This document shows positions 19,109-28,612 of a stretch of DNA of 32,000 nucleotides, in pieces. Under the pieces are notes generated by a model. It was not told where the DNA came from. It saw only the letters and a list, made by a program, of their open reading frames with translations, and did no database searches. This DNA is from an uncultured archaeon (lineage in GTDB: Archaea; Asgardarchaeota; Thorarchaeia; Thorarchaeales; Thorarchaeaceae). A program made the translations under genes and the position numbers. The stretch covers positions 330,001-362,000 of the forward strand of contig CAZYLT010000001.1 of assembly GCA_964648855.1 (NCBI GenBank), in the 5' to 3' direction. Every line of letters starts with the position of its first letter. The stretch's first letter is position 1.

Positions 19109-20737
19109 ATGAACAGAAATGACTTCGACAAATGGCGTCTCATTGACACAGGCATTTTGACAGGTGCCCAAAATATGGCCCTTGACGACGTCATCCTCGA
19201 GTGCCATGCGTACGAGAATACTCCGAATACCATAAGATTCCTTCAGTTCAATCCATCCACTGCATTGGTAGGATATCACCAATCGATTGAACAAGAAATC
19301 AGAATCGATTTTTGTAAACACCATGGCATAGATATAAACCGACGACTTACGGGAGGAGGAGCCATCTTGTTTACGCCGACATGTCTTGGTTGGGAAGTCT
19401 TCGCAGATAAGTCGGTGTCAAGGATTAGAGATTTGAGAACTGACCTCGATAAACTTGCCCAATTAATCTGCGAAGGAACAGTAAGAGGACTTCAAGAATT
19501 GGGAATAGAAGCAGAGTTCAGACCCAAGAATGATATCGAGGTCAATGGACGAAAAATCTCTGGGACTGGGGGGACTGAACGAGAGGATTCGTTCATGTAC
19601 CAGGGAACATTACTCGTAGATTTTGATGTCGAGCTGATGCTAAGAGCGCTTAGAATTCCTGTAGAGAAACTGCAGGATAAGGAAATTGAAAGCGTGAAAG
19701 AGAGAGTGACATGTCTGAAGTGGGAGTTAGGCCGGGTTCCACCGTTAGCGGATATTAAGCGAGCGATAGCTGATGGATTTCAGGAGGTTCTTGACATTCA
19801 ACTGCAGGACAGGGGATTGTATCCAATTGAGTCGGAAATGTATAATCAAAAACTCCCCGAATTCGAATCTGAAGATTGGATAAACATGGTGAGAAAGCCT
19901 CTTGACTGGGCGGGAACCGTAAGCACGATGCGAAAGACCCCAGGAGGATTGATCAGGGCGTCTCTTTCAATAGATATCCCAGGCAACTATATTGTGAGTT
20001 CCTTCATTACAGGAGATTTCCAGGTATTTCCCCAGAGAGCTATCATGGACTTGGAGTCAACGTTAAAGAATTCAGACGCAAGCTATGCATCCATCAGAAA
20101 CAACATACTGGACTTTTTCGAGTCTTCAAGAACCAGAATTTTCGGAATACCTCCTGAAATCGTAGCAGATACGATAATTGAAGCAGTGAAGAAAAAGTCC
20201 TTCGTCAACTACGGCTTTACATTGGATGACTCAAATCAATTGATGACCGTGAACTTCTTGCCTGATGAGTTGGAACAACAGCATTTTGATTTCGTGTTGT
20301 TGCCGTATTGTGCTAAACTCCTAGGCTGCGAGTATCGGTTTGTCGAAGGATGTTCAATGTGTGGCGGATGTTCTACCAACGATGTCTATAAACAGATTAC
20401 CGAGCTGAATGTCCCCGTTAGAACAATCCAGAACTTCGAAGATCTTGTGGAGACAGTTCACGAGTTTAAAGAAAAGGGGGCGCGTGGCTACGTTGGTTCT
20501 TGCTGTGATGCCTTCTACAGTAAGCATTACCAGGATTTCGTTGACATGGGCGTACCTGCTCTTCTAGTTGACGTAGATGATTCGACATGTTATGACTTAG
20601 GAGAGGAAGAAAAGGCATACGAAGGAACTTTCGAGGGACAGACGGTGCTGAAAACTGACCTAATATTGAAGGTTATCAATACGCTAACAAATATGGGAAT
20701 ACTCCACAGTGGGGTGGTTCAACATCGCTCAGTATGA
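19109..20737 (+). CDS. lplA: Lipoate/octanoate-protein ligase (LplA catalytic plus C-terminal accessory domain) fused to a Cys-rich DUF116-like domain
   Basis: NMALD, RRLTGGGA, NDIEVNGRKISG, K.PGGLIR...ITGDF, then LLPYCAK..GC....GCSMCGGC...GSCC...STCY. Confidence 0.88.
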   Translation: MNRNDFDKWRLIDTGILTGAQNMALDDVILECHAYENTPNTIRFLQFNPSTALVGYHQSIEQEIRIDFCKHHGIDINRRLTGGGAILFTPTCLGWEVFADKSVSRIRDLRTDLDKLAQLICEGTVRGLQELGIEAEFRPKNDIEVNGRKISGTGGTEREDSFMYQGTLLVDFDVELMLRALRIPVEKLQDKEIESVKERVTCLKWELGRVPPLADIKRAIADGFQEVLDIQLQDRGLYPIESEMYNQKLPEFESEDWINMVRKPLDWAGTVSTMRKTPGGLIRASLSIDIPGNYIVSSFITGDFQVFPQRAIMDLESTLKNSDASYASIRNNILDFFESSRTRIFGIPPEIVADTIIEAVKKKSFVNYGFTLDDSNQLMTVNFLPDELEQQHFDFVLLPYCAKLLGCEYRFVEGCSMCGGCSTNDVYKQITELNVPVRTIQNFEDLVETVHEFKEKGARGYVGSCCDAFYSKHYQDFVDMGVPALLVDVDDSTCYDLGEEEKAYEGTFEGQTVLKTDLILKVINTLTNMGILHSGVVQHRSV

Positions 20738-21776
20738 TGTCGTCGTAGTTGGAGGAGGCCCCTCCGGCGCAGTTACTTCGCTTCTTCTGGCAAAAGATGG
20801 CATGAAGGTCCTCCTACTTGAAAAGGGACATGAAAAAAGGCACAAAGCCTGTGGAGGAGTATTGCCTTCTGTTGCCCCTGATACCATTGAAGACATAATA
20901 GACTCGGAAATTCCTGAGGAGGTTTTCGAAAATCCGAGAGAATTGGGTCTCTACTACGTTCCTCCAAGCGGGCCTAATAGTGGAGGTAGAGTTCGAAACT
21001 ACACCATTCATAATATAAATCGAACCCGTTTCGATTTTTGGTTACGCGAGTTAGCTGAAGAGGCAGAAGTGGAAATCCGATACAACACAAAAGCCACTTC
21101 AGTTTCAATAAATGAGAAGTCAACTAGGGTATCAATTCAGGGGCAGAAGGCAACTATCGAAACGCCTATTCTGGTTGGTGCAGATGGAGTAAGGTCGACT
21201 GTTCGTAAATCCCTTTTTTCCGACACCAATGTTCCAATCATGGTCGTGGGCCAAGAGAAATGGATTGCGAAAGGAGATTTTGAAGACTGCTTTTACGGAT
21301 TCTTTCATGACAAATATTCAGTAGCTTATGCATACCTGATACCCAAACAAGATAGTATCCTCATTGGTCTTGGTGTGGAACCAAACAGAAAGCCAAGTTA
21401 TGCGGAATCGCTAGATAGCTTTCGTTCAATGCTAATTGATGAGTTCTCGTTTGCCCCTGAAAAGATTGTTCGAAGGGAAAGTTGGGCAATTCCATTTGGA
21501 TATTTCATGCCAGGTAAAGAGAATGCGATACTGGTCGGTGATGCTGCAGGGCTCTGTAATCCATTGTCTGGAGAGGGGATTAGATTGGCAATTGAGTCAG
21601 CGGAGTCAGCAGCCAATATCATTGCACATGCAGATCAATCTAAAATCATAGAAGATTATCAGCATGAGGTGAAAGGACTAGCTGATATGATTAATGACCT
21701 CAATGATTTTGTAAGAGGGCTTGATAACGAAAAACGCGAACAATTTGTCTCAGAGGAACTATCAAGAGGATTCTGA
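20709..21776 (+). CDS. FAD/NAD(P)-dependent oxidoreductase of the geranylgeranyl reductase family; LipT-like by context
   Basis: YDVVVVGGGPSG, KACGG, GADG, VGDAAG.CNPLSGEGI. Confidence 0.85.
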   Translation: MGWFNIAQYDVVVVGGGPSGAVTSLLLAKDGMKVLLLEKGHEKRHKACGGVLPSVAPDTIEDIIDSEIPEEVFENPRELGLYYVPPSGPNSGGRVRNYTIHNINRTRFDFWLRELAEEAEVEIRYNTKATSVSINEKSTRVSIQGQKATIETPILVGADGVRSTVRKSLFSDTNVPIMVVGQEKWIAKGDFEDCFYGFFHDKYSVAYAYLIPKQDSILIGLGVEPNRKPSYAESLDSFRSMLIDEFSFAPEKIVRRESWAIPFGYFMPGKENAILVGDAAGLCNPLSGEGIRLAIESAESAANIIAHADQSKIIEDYQHEVKGLADMINDLNDFVRGLDNEKREQFVSEELSRGF

Positions 21777-21824
21777 TAGCAAGAGATATAGTTGCCAATC
21801 GCACACATTCTTTTTGTGTCCACT

Positions 21825-22916
21825 ATGAAAGAGCGATGGCGATTACTTGATTTGGGCGCTATTGAACCGCTTGAAACACAAATTATCTATGATATGGTTG
21901 CTCAAGGGATTACAGAGGGAGAATCACAGAATACAATCATCATTTGCTGGCCCGCTGAGCCCTTAGTTAGTGTAGGCTATTTCCAAGAGATTGAGAAGGA
22001 TATAGACCTTGCATTTTGCCGGAAAAACGATATTGTGGTGACACGCCGTGTAATCGGGGGTGGAGGAGTCTACCTAGATGATGGACAGCTATTCTACCAA
22101 TTAATTGGGCGAGTTGATAGTCCAACTACGCCAAAGCCCATTGATGCCTATTATCGGAAATTTCTCAAAGCACCAGTTCAAGCATATAGGAATCTTGGCA
22201 TTGAAGCTGAATTTCGACCAGTTAATGATATTCAGGTCAATGAAAAGAAAATATCAGGAAATGGAGCAGGAGATGTTGGTGATGCTCGCATTCTCACCGG
22301 CAACATAATTTTAGATTTTGACTTCGAAATGATGGTGAAGGTTCTTCGAGTACCAAGTGAGAAATTTCGGGATAAAGTATACAAGAGCCTCAAAGACCGG
22401 CTGTCAACAATTCTACTTGAAACTGGATCAATGCCACAAAAAGACGAGATTAAAACCGACCTAATCAGGCTTTACGAGGAAACCCTTGACATTGAACTTG
22501 AGAAGGGCAAGTTATCTTCATGGGAAAAGAGCAGGATGTCAGAGCTCCGCTCCAAATACAAGTCAAATGAGTGGCTTCACTGGAGGAGTGGAGGCAGACT
22601 TGATGCTCGAACTGTTAGAATATCCGCAACAGCCTCTGTTGGTACAGCGAGCCATAAGGCCGAAGGCGGGTTGATTCGGGTGACTGCAGAGGAGATAGAA
22701 AATGAGATCAATGAAATTGTCATTAGTGGAGATTTCTTCATGCTTCCGTCCACAGCAATCGGAGAACTTGAGAACAACCTGAAGGGCTCTACTCTTTCTA
22801 GAGACGCGATACTGGAAAGAATTAAGGAAAGCTATACTCAGCTGGATATTGATTCGCCAGGAGTCAAGCCAGAAGATATTGCTGATGCGATTGAGTTGGC
22901 CTTCGAACAAAAGTAA
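21825..22916 (+). CDS. lplA: Second lipoate-protein ligase (LplA catalytic plus accessory domain)
   Basis: VSVGYFQ, RRVIGGGGVYLD..QLFYQ, NDIQVN.KKISG, HKAEGGLIR, ISGDFF. Confidence 0.9.
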   Translation: MKERWRLLDLGAIEPLETQIIYDMVAQGITEGESQNTIIICWPAEPLVSVGYFQEIEKDIDLAFCRKNDIVVTRRVIGGGGVYLDDGQLFYQLIGRVDSPTTPKPIDAYYRKFLKAPVQAYRNLGIEAEFRPVNDIQVNEKKISGNGAGDVGDARILTGNIILDFDFEMMVKVLRVPSEKFRDKVYKSLKDRLSTILLETGSMPQKDEIKTDLIRLYEETLDIELEKGKLSSWEKSRMSELRSKYKSNEWLHWRSGGRLDARTVRISATASVGTASHKAEGGLIRVTAEEIENEINEIVISGDFFMLPSTAIGELENNLKGSTLSRDAILERIKESYTQLDIDSPGVKPEDIADAIELAFEQK

Positions 22917-22973
22917 AGCGAAGGACCAATGAGGAATTTAACAAATCGCGTAAAGCCTTGAGGTGAACCAATC

Positions 22974-24059
22974 ATGCCGTCGGATGTTAGCTTTTCTGCG
23001 ATTGCGCCCGGAAGAGTCTGCATCTTTGGAGAACACAGTGACTACTTGGGACTAGATGTGATTCCCGCAGCAATTAGCATGCATATCGAGATTTCTTGTT
23101 CACCACGCGATGATCGTCTAATGGATATCAGATATTCGGATTTGGGAACAAAGGATACGTTCGAGATTGATACAAAAATCGATTATGCCCATGAGAGGGA
23201 CTATGTTAGAAGTGCATTTAATGTACTTAGAAGGCAGGGACTTACTCTCTCTTCAGGATGGTCAATGTATGTTAGAGGAAACATACCAATTGCAGGAGGA
23301 CTATCCAGCTCGTCAGCATTAGCTGTCGCATCAGTCCTGGCATATTCTAGAATGGCTGGAGAATCCCTGAATCCCAAAGCATTAGCCGAGCTTGCATTCC
23401 AGGCTGAGGTCAAGGAATTTGGAGAAAGCGGAGGTATGATGGATCATTATGCATCTGCGTACGGTGGAATCATACACTTGACTACAAAACCTAAGATAGA
23501 GGTGACCAGAATCCCTACATCCATTAGTGGGTTCGTCATTGGTGACTCGGGGGAGGAGAAGAAAGATACCGTGGGAGATCTGGAAGAAATCCGCAATTTG
23601 GCTGAGAAGGGATACAACAAACTAGCACAGTACGTAGACAATTTCGACCAAACCAAAACAGCCCTTGAGAAGGTTCAACCATTCCTGAAACGGCTTTCCT
23701 CAAGAGAGCAGACAGTGGTGGAAACGACCATCAAAAATAGGGACTTAACACAGCGTGCATATGATACTCTAAAGTCTAGTAACTACGAACCTGAAGAGTT
23801 AGGCTCAATGATTGATCAACATCATATCTATTTGCGTGATGGTCTGAAGCGATCGACCAAGAAAATAGAAAAGATGATACGAGCTGCAAAGAAAGCAGGA
23901 GCTTTGGGCTGCAAAATCAACGGAAGCGGTGGAGGAGGAACGATGCTAGCATATTGTCCAGGAAAGGTGGATGTTGTTTCATCAGCTATAGAGAGAGCAG
24001 GGGGGACACCATATGTGGTCAGTATTGGACAGGGCGCCCACCTGAGCGTCCAAGATTGA
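22974..24059 (+). CDS. Galactokinase-like GHMP kinase
   Basis: APGRVCIFGEHSDY, PIAGGLSSSSA, GMMD, GCKINGSGGGG. Confidence 0.88.
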   Translation: MPSDVSFSAIAPGRVCIFGEHSDYLGLDVIPAAISMHIEISCSPRDDRLMDIRYSDLGTKDTFEIDTKIDYAHERDYVRSAFNVLRRQGLTLSSGWSMYVRGNIPIAGGLSSSSALAVASVLAYSRMAGESLNPKALAELAFQAEVKEFGESGGMMDHYASAYGGIIHLTTKPKIEVTRIPTSISGFVIGDSGEEKKDTVGDLEEIRNLAEKGYNKLAQYVDNFDQTKTALEKVQPFLKRLSSREQTVVETTIKNRDLTQRAYDTLKSSNYEPEELGSMIDQHHIYLRDGLKRSTKKIEKMIRAAKKAGALGCKINGSGGGGTMLAYCPGKVDVVSSAIERAGGTPYVVSIGQGAHLSVQD

Positions 24060-24064
24060 AGAGG

Positions 24065-25627
24065 TTAGTCGCTCGATGCAAGATCTTCCATTCTGCGTTC
24101 AACTATGCCAAGTATTTCGTCTTTGAGATTCTCGCTCTCTTCAATGAGCTCCTCAACTTCCTTTCGAATGTTCTTGACGAATTTCTCGTCCTTAATATTG
24201 TCAAGATTTATTCTGACATTGAGAGATGCTGCCTTGATTGCGGCTGAGAGTGCATATGCAGCGCCGCCAGCATCAGTTATGGCATTGATATTGCCCTTCT
24301 CTGCAGCAACTTTTGCATGAGTGAGTGCCTCATATGATTGCTTCATGGTTTCTAATGGAATCTCAGCAGCATGAATTGTTGCTTCCTCTACGGCTTCTTC
24401 TTTCGTTTGTTTTTCCTCTTCATTTCCTTCAGGAAGCTTATAAGTTTCCATCACTTTTTCAAAGGCTTCAGAGTCCTTCTCAACCATGTCCAGCAGAACA
24501 CCCCTGTTTGTTTCACAGGCATGTCGATGATCAAGCATCTCCTTTTTGATTGCAGCAAATTTTCTTCCAGTCAATGAGAGACCTGTGACCATGCATACAA
24601 GAGCCGCGCCATAAGAGCCCATAACTGCAGCAACACTTCCTCCACCAGGAGTTGCTCTGGCTCGTCGCACCTGATTCCCGAATTCGATTAAGGACATTTC
24701 AGTGAACGACTTCTCAGTGGGCTCTTCAGCACCACCAAGATAATACAAATCGAGAATCATTGATTCATCGAGATTCTCTGGTTGCAGATAGTACTTGAGA
24801 GCGTCAATCAAAGCGAAGAGAGGTACCATTCCAATAATCTCGGTTTCAACGACAGTGGCACCAAAACGTTTCGCTTCGTTCCTCACAACTTCAAGAACCT
24901 GATGTATCTTGGTTCTCTTGGGATGGGTGAGATTGCATGAAACCTGAACCATTCCCTTATCCGGCAAGTCCAGGCCAATACCTTGCACATACACAAAGCC
25001 ACCAGTGGTTGCTCTAACTGCATTCGCACAGACCTTTGCTACCTCAACATTAGTTGTATTAAGGTTGAAATTGATTGCAATCAGGAAGAATCGTGCTCCG
25101 GTAGCAGTGGCACCAGCTGTTGGATTGATTTTGTTAGGGCCATAATCAGGAGTCCTACTCTCATCCTCTCCGATGGTTTCACGAAGCCCTTCAAATTCTC
25201 CTTGACGAATATTAGGCAATTCTTCTCGTTCAGGACGCGTTGCGGATTTCTCATAGAGGTATACGGGTACATCATGCTTCTCAGAATATTCCTTGGCGAA
25301 TTCTTTTGACAGCTCTATACACTCGCCAATGGTTACTCCGTGTAGCGGAATGAAAGGAACAACATCAACTGCGCCCATTCGAGGGTGAGCTCCCTCGTGT
25401 TTGCTCATGTCAATTCGTTCTACTGCAACATCCGCTGCCTTCAGAGCTGCCTGTTTAACCTTCTGTGGTTCTCCTATGAATGTGAATACCGACCTGTTGT
25501 GATCAGGGTCATATTCAACATTAAGAAGACGAACACCATCAACGCTCTTGATGGCATCAGCCAATTCATCAATTACCTCTTTTCGACGACCCTCGCTGAA
25601 ATTGGGTACACATTCGACAACCTTCAT
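24065..25627 (-). CDS. ftcD: Bifunctional glutamate formiminotransferase / formiminotetrahydrofolate cyclodeaminase
   Basis: ECVPNFSEGR, DHNRSVFT, HPRMGAVDVVPF, followed in frame by TPGGGSVAA...NVRINL cyclodeaminase domain. Confidence 0.92.
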   Translation of the reverse strand: MKVVECVPNFSEGRRKEVIDELADAIKSVDGVRLLNVEYDPDHNRSVFTFIGEPQKVKQAALKAADVAVERIDMSKHEGAHPRMGAVDVVPFIPLHGVTIGECIELSKEFAKEYSEKHDVPVYLYEKSATRPEREELPNIRQGEFEGLRETIGEDESRTPDYGPNKINPTAGATATGARFFLIAINFNLNTTNVEVAKVCANAVRATTGGFVYVQGIGLDLPDKGMVQVSCNLTHPKRTKIHQVLEVVRNEAKRFGATVVETEIIGMVPLFALIDALKYYLQPENLDESMILDLYYLGGAEEPTEKSFTEMSLIEFGNQVRRARATPGGGSVAAVMGSYGAALVCMVTGLSLTGRKFAAIKKEMLDHRHACETNRGVLLDMVEKDSEAFEKVMETYKLPEGNEEEKQTKEEAVEEATIHAAEIPLETMKQSYEALTHAKVAAEKGNINAITDAGGAAYALSAAIKAASLNVRINLDNIKDEKFVKNIRKEVEELIEESENLKDEILGIVERRMEDLASSD

Positions 25628-25766
25628 GCGTGTCACCAAGCCCGTCGGATAAGTTCAAGCAAAAAAGCATTTGGGAATCGGGGGTTTAGTCGAAAAATGA
25701 TGTCAGATAGGCAAAAAAGAGACGCGAATTGCACATCTGGTCATTTCTTGTTCCAAGCAGCTAGGG

Positions 25767-26702
25767 TTAGCTTGTATATCCACCATAATCTATGGCGTCG
25801 ACAATGAAGACATTGGTCTGGTTCTGCAGATACGTATAGGCTGCAAGTACATTTCTGAGTAACATGGCAATAGTCATTGGCCCCACACCACCAGGTACCG
25901 GAGTAATGTAAGATGCTTTCTCCTTAACAGTTTCAAAATCGACATCACCCTTTGGCGTAGCCACATCTATGACAATTGCACCCTCTTTAACCATCTCTTC
26001 AGTGATAAAATACGGGTCGTCATTGGATTCCCGAAGTCCAACCGCAGTGACAAGAATATCTGCTTGCTTAGTCATACTTGAGATGTCCTTGGTCTTCGAA
26101 TGGCAAACGGAAACCGTAATGTCTCTGTCAAGCAACATGAAAATTAGTGGTTTGCCGACTATAGTAGATCGGTTAATGATGACCGCGTCTTTTCCTTTCA
26201 AATCAACCGGTAGTAAATCCAGCATCGTGACAATACCTTGAGGAGTCGCAGCACTCAAGAATTCATTCCCATGGAATAACCGATATATGTTCCTCGGGGA
26301 AAATCCATCAACATCTTTACCAGGCGATATTGCATCAATAACCTCCTCTTCATCGATATGACTTGGCAGAGGCAACTGTACGAGTATACCATGAACATCA
26401 CGGTCTTGATTGAGTTCCTGTATCAGGTCGATAAGCTCCTCTTCGGTCGTGTTCCCCGGTAAATCATGGGTTTCGGAAAGAATACCGGCCTTTTCACAGG
26501 CTCGCTGTTTCATACGCACATACATTTTGGACCCTGGGTCCTCACCAACAATAATGGCGACTAGCTTTGGCGGTGTTCCGTGTACCTCAGTCAGATGCTG
26601 AACTTCTTCCTTGATGTGCTGTCGTATCTTTTTTGCCAGAGTCTTGCCGTCAATGACTTTTCCTTCTACGAATTCCTCAAGTGCAATGTCGTATTCGCTC
26701 AT
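25767..26702 (-). CDS. folD: Methylene-THF dehydrogenase / cyclohydrolase
   Basis: IDGK, YVRMK, GILVQLPLP, KDVDGF, RS.IVGKP, TPVPGGVGPMT. Confidence 0.95.
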   Translation of the reverse strand: MSEYDIALEEFVEGKVIDGKTLAKKIRQHIKEEVQHLTEVHGTPPKLVAIIVGEDPGSKMYVRMKQRACEKAGILSETHDLPGNTTEEELIDLIQELNQDRDVHGILVQLPLPSHIDEEEVIDAISPGKDVDGFSPRNIYRLFHGNEFLSAATPQGIVTMLDLLPVDLKGKDAVIINRSTIVGKPLIFMLLDRDITVSVCHSKTKDISSMTKQADILVTAVGLRESNDDPYFITEEMVKEGAIVIDVATPKGDVDFETVKEKASYITPVPGGVGPMTIAMLLRNVLAAYTYLQNQTNVFIVDAIDYGGYTS

Positions 26703-26713
26703 GTTGAATCCTC

Positions 26714-28309
26714 CTAAAATACGCCTGATATGTTGCCATCCTCATCTATGTCCATCTCTTCTGCCGCGGGATCAGATGGGAGTCCAGGCATCAACATGAC
26801 ATCTCCAGTGTACACAATAACAAAACCAGCACCAGCGCTGACATCAGCTCCACGTACGGTTAAGACGAAATCTTCCGGTCGCCCCTTCTTGCGAGGATCA
26901 TCACTGAGGCTGAATTGTGTCTTCGCCATGCATATTGGGAGCTCACCATGCCCACGTTTCTTCAACGACCATAGTTCTCCATTGGCATTATCTATGTACC
27001 TGACACCCTTTGCTCCATAGATACTCTTGGCAACCTTCTCAATTTTCACTTTGAGGTCTTCATCGACATCATAGGTGTAATTCACTTCGTTTCGAGTTCC
27101 TGTAATATCAAGTACTGCCTTCGCCATATCCTTTCCACCCTCGCTACCCTTGGCAAATACCTCTGAAACCTCCATCCTCCATCCCTTTTTCTCGCAGAAT
27201 TCCCGTACTTCTGCAATCTCCCCATCAGTATCATCAGGGAATCGGTTCACAGCAATTGCAAATGAAGGACCAAAGTTTTGGATGTTCTCTGCATGTTTCG
27301 CCAGATTTGGTAAGCCCTTCTTGAGGTCATCATCACCCTGCTCTTTCAGGGCTCTTATGCTGGTGATGATCACAACTCCGTCGACATTAAGGTTGCCAGC
27401 ACGAGTGACGATGTTCATAAATTTCTCAGCACCGAGATCTGCTCCAAATCCTGCCTCGACTACCACATAGTCAAATAGACGCAGTGCAATGTCAATCGAC
27501 ATTATTGAGTTCGTTCCATGGGCTATGTTTGCAAAGGGGCCGATGTGAATGAGGGCTGGTGTTCCCTCAGATGTCTGTACCAGATTCGGCTTTAGGGCAT
27601 CCTTCAACAAGACAGCCATTGCACCGTTCGCATTGATATCTTTGGCATATACTTCATTGAGGTCGTAATCTCGAGAGAGCAAAATATTGCCAAGCCGCTC
27701 CTTTAGGTCGGTATAGCTATTTGCCAAAGCCATTATTGCCATGATTTCGGAGGCAGCTGTAATTACATAGCTATCCTCTCTTGGAAACCCATTGTCCTTT
27801 CCGCCAAGGCCGACAACGACTTTTCTTAACGCCCGGTCATTCATGTCTATCGTTCTTGTCCAGTAGACTCTTCGTGGATCAATGCCTGCTTCATTCCCTT
27901 TGTTCACATGATTATCCAGCATTGCAGACAGAAGGTTGTGTGCTGCGGATATAGCTGGAAAATCCCCGGTGAATAGGAGGTTAATCTTCTCAAAAGGATG
28001 AACTTCTGATTTACCACCGCCAGCGGCACCGCCCTTGATTCCAAAAACGGGACCCAGTGATGGTTCACGAAGTGTCACCACTGCGCTCTTCCCGAGAGCA
28101 TTGAGCGACATAGACAAGCCTATAGAGTTTGTAGTCTTACCCTCTCCCGCGGAGGTCGGAGTGGTGGCAGTTACAAGAATCAGTTTTCCTTTCCGTTCTC
28201 CAAGCTCCTTCCGAATATTGAGATTGATTTTGGCCATGTGTTTTCCATAGGGTTCGAGATACTTTTCAGGAATTCCTGCCTCTTCTGCGACTTCAGTAAT
28301 GGGTTTCAT
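26714..28309 (-). CDS. fhs: Formate--tetrahydrofolate ligase
   Basis: TPTSAGEGKTT, REPSLGP.FGIKGGAAGGG, GPFANIAHG, EAGFGADLGAEKF, MAKTQFS, MPGLP. Confidence 0.96.
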   Translation of the reverse strand: MKPITEVAEEAGIPEKYLEPYGKHMAKINLNIRKELGERKGKLILVTATTPTSAGEGKTTNSIGLSMSLNALGKSAVVTLREPSLGPVFGIKGGAAGGGKSEVHPFEKINLLFTGDFPAISAAHNLLSAMLDNHVNKGNEAGIDPRRVYWTRTIDMNDRALRKVVVGLGGKDNGFPREDSYVITAASEIMAIMALANSYTDLKERLGNILLSRDYDLNEVYAKDINANGAMAVLLKDALKPNLVQTSEGTPALIHIGPFANIAHGTNSIMSIDIALRLFDYVVVEAGFGADLGAEKFMNIVTRAGNLNVDGVVIITSIRALKEQGDDDLKKGLPNLAKHAENIQNFGPSFAIAVNRFPDDTDGEIAEVREFCEKKGWRMEVSEVFAKGSEGGKDMAKAVLDITGTRNEVNYTYDVDEDLKVKIEKVAKSIYGAKGVRYIDNANGELWSLKKRGHGELPICMAKTQFSLSDDPRKKGRPEDFVLTVRGADVSAGAGFVIVYTGDVMLMPGLPSDPAAEEMDIDEDGNISGVF

Positions 28310-28513
28310 TTTTCCTACACCAGTGAAAGTAAACTTTTGATTAGTTGTTCCAATCAGTGCAAGTATTGACTGATAAAATGCACCGTATGGCTGTAGAGGC
28401 GGTTTGGTCAATCATGGTTGTGTCAGAAATGCACTCTTTTACAAAAGGTCTTGGCAATTATTACTGAAAAAAAGATGAGGCAGGGTGTTTATCCGCCTAT
28501 TGGGCTGAGAAAT

Positions 28514-28612
28514 ATGAATAGGCTTCCTCTCGAGGCACTGCCAGATGCATTGCCAGATGAAATTGATGTCGAAAAATATGTGATTTGCACGTATTATGTA
28601 GGATTACCCCCG
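28514..28612 (+). pseudogene. 5' fragment resembling the N-terminus of a RuBisCO-like (form IV) protein
   Basis: MNRLPLEALPDALPDEIDVEKYVICTYYV resembles the LPExID.E.Y.IATYY start of RLPs; resemblance ends before the expected EQSTGTW. Confidence 0.5.

Noticed and set aside
20709-21776. Calling this a lipid geranylgeranyl reductase
   Set aside because: The GGR-type W.FP and PxxYxWxFP motifs are degenerate (YAYLIP), and the operon context favours a lipoate-related role
28310-28411. 34-aa N-terminal extension of Fhs in the ORF track
   Set aside because: Homology starts at MKPITEVA; the upstream sequence is promoter-like
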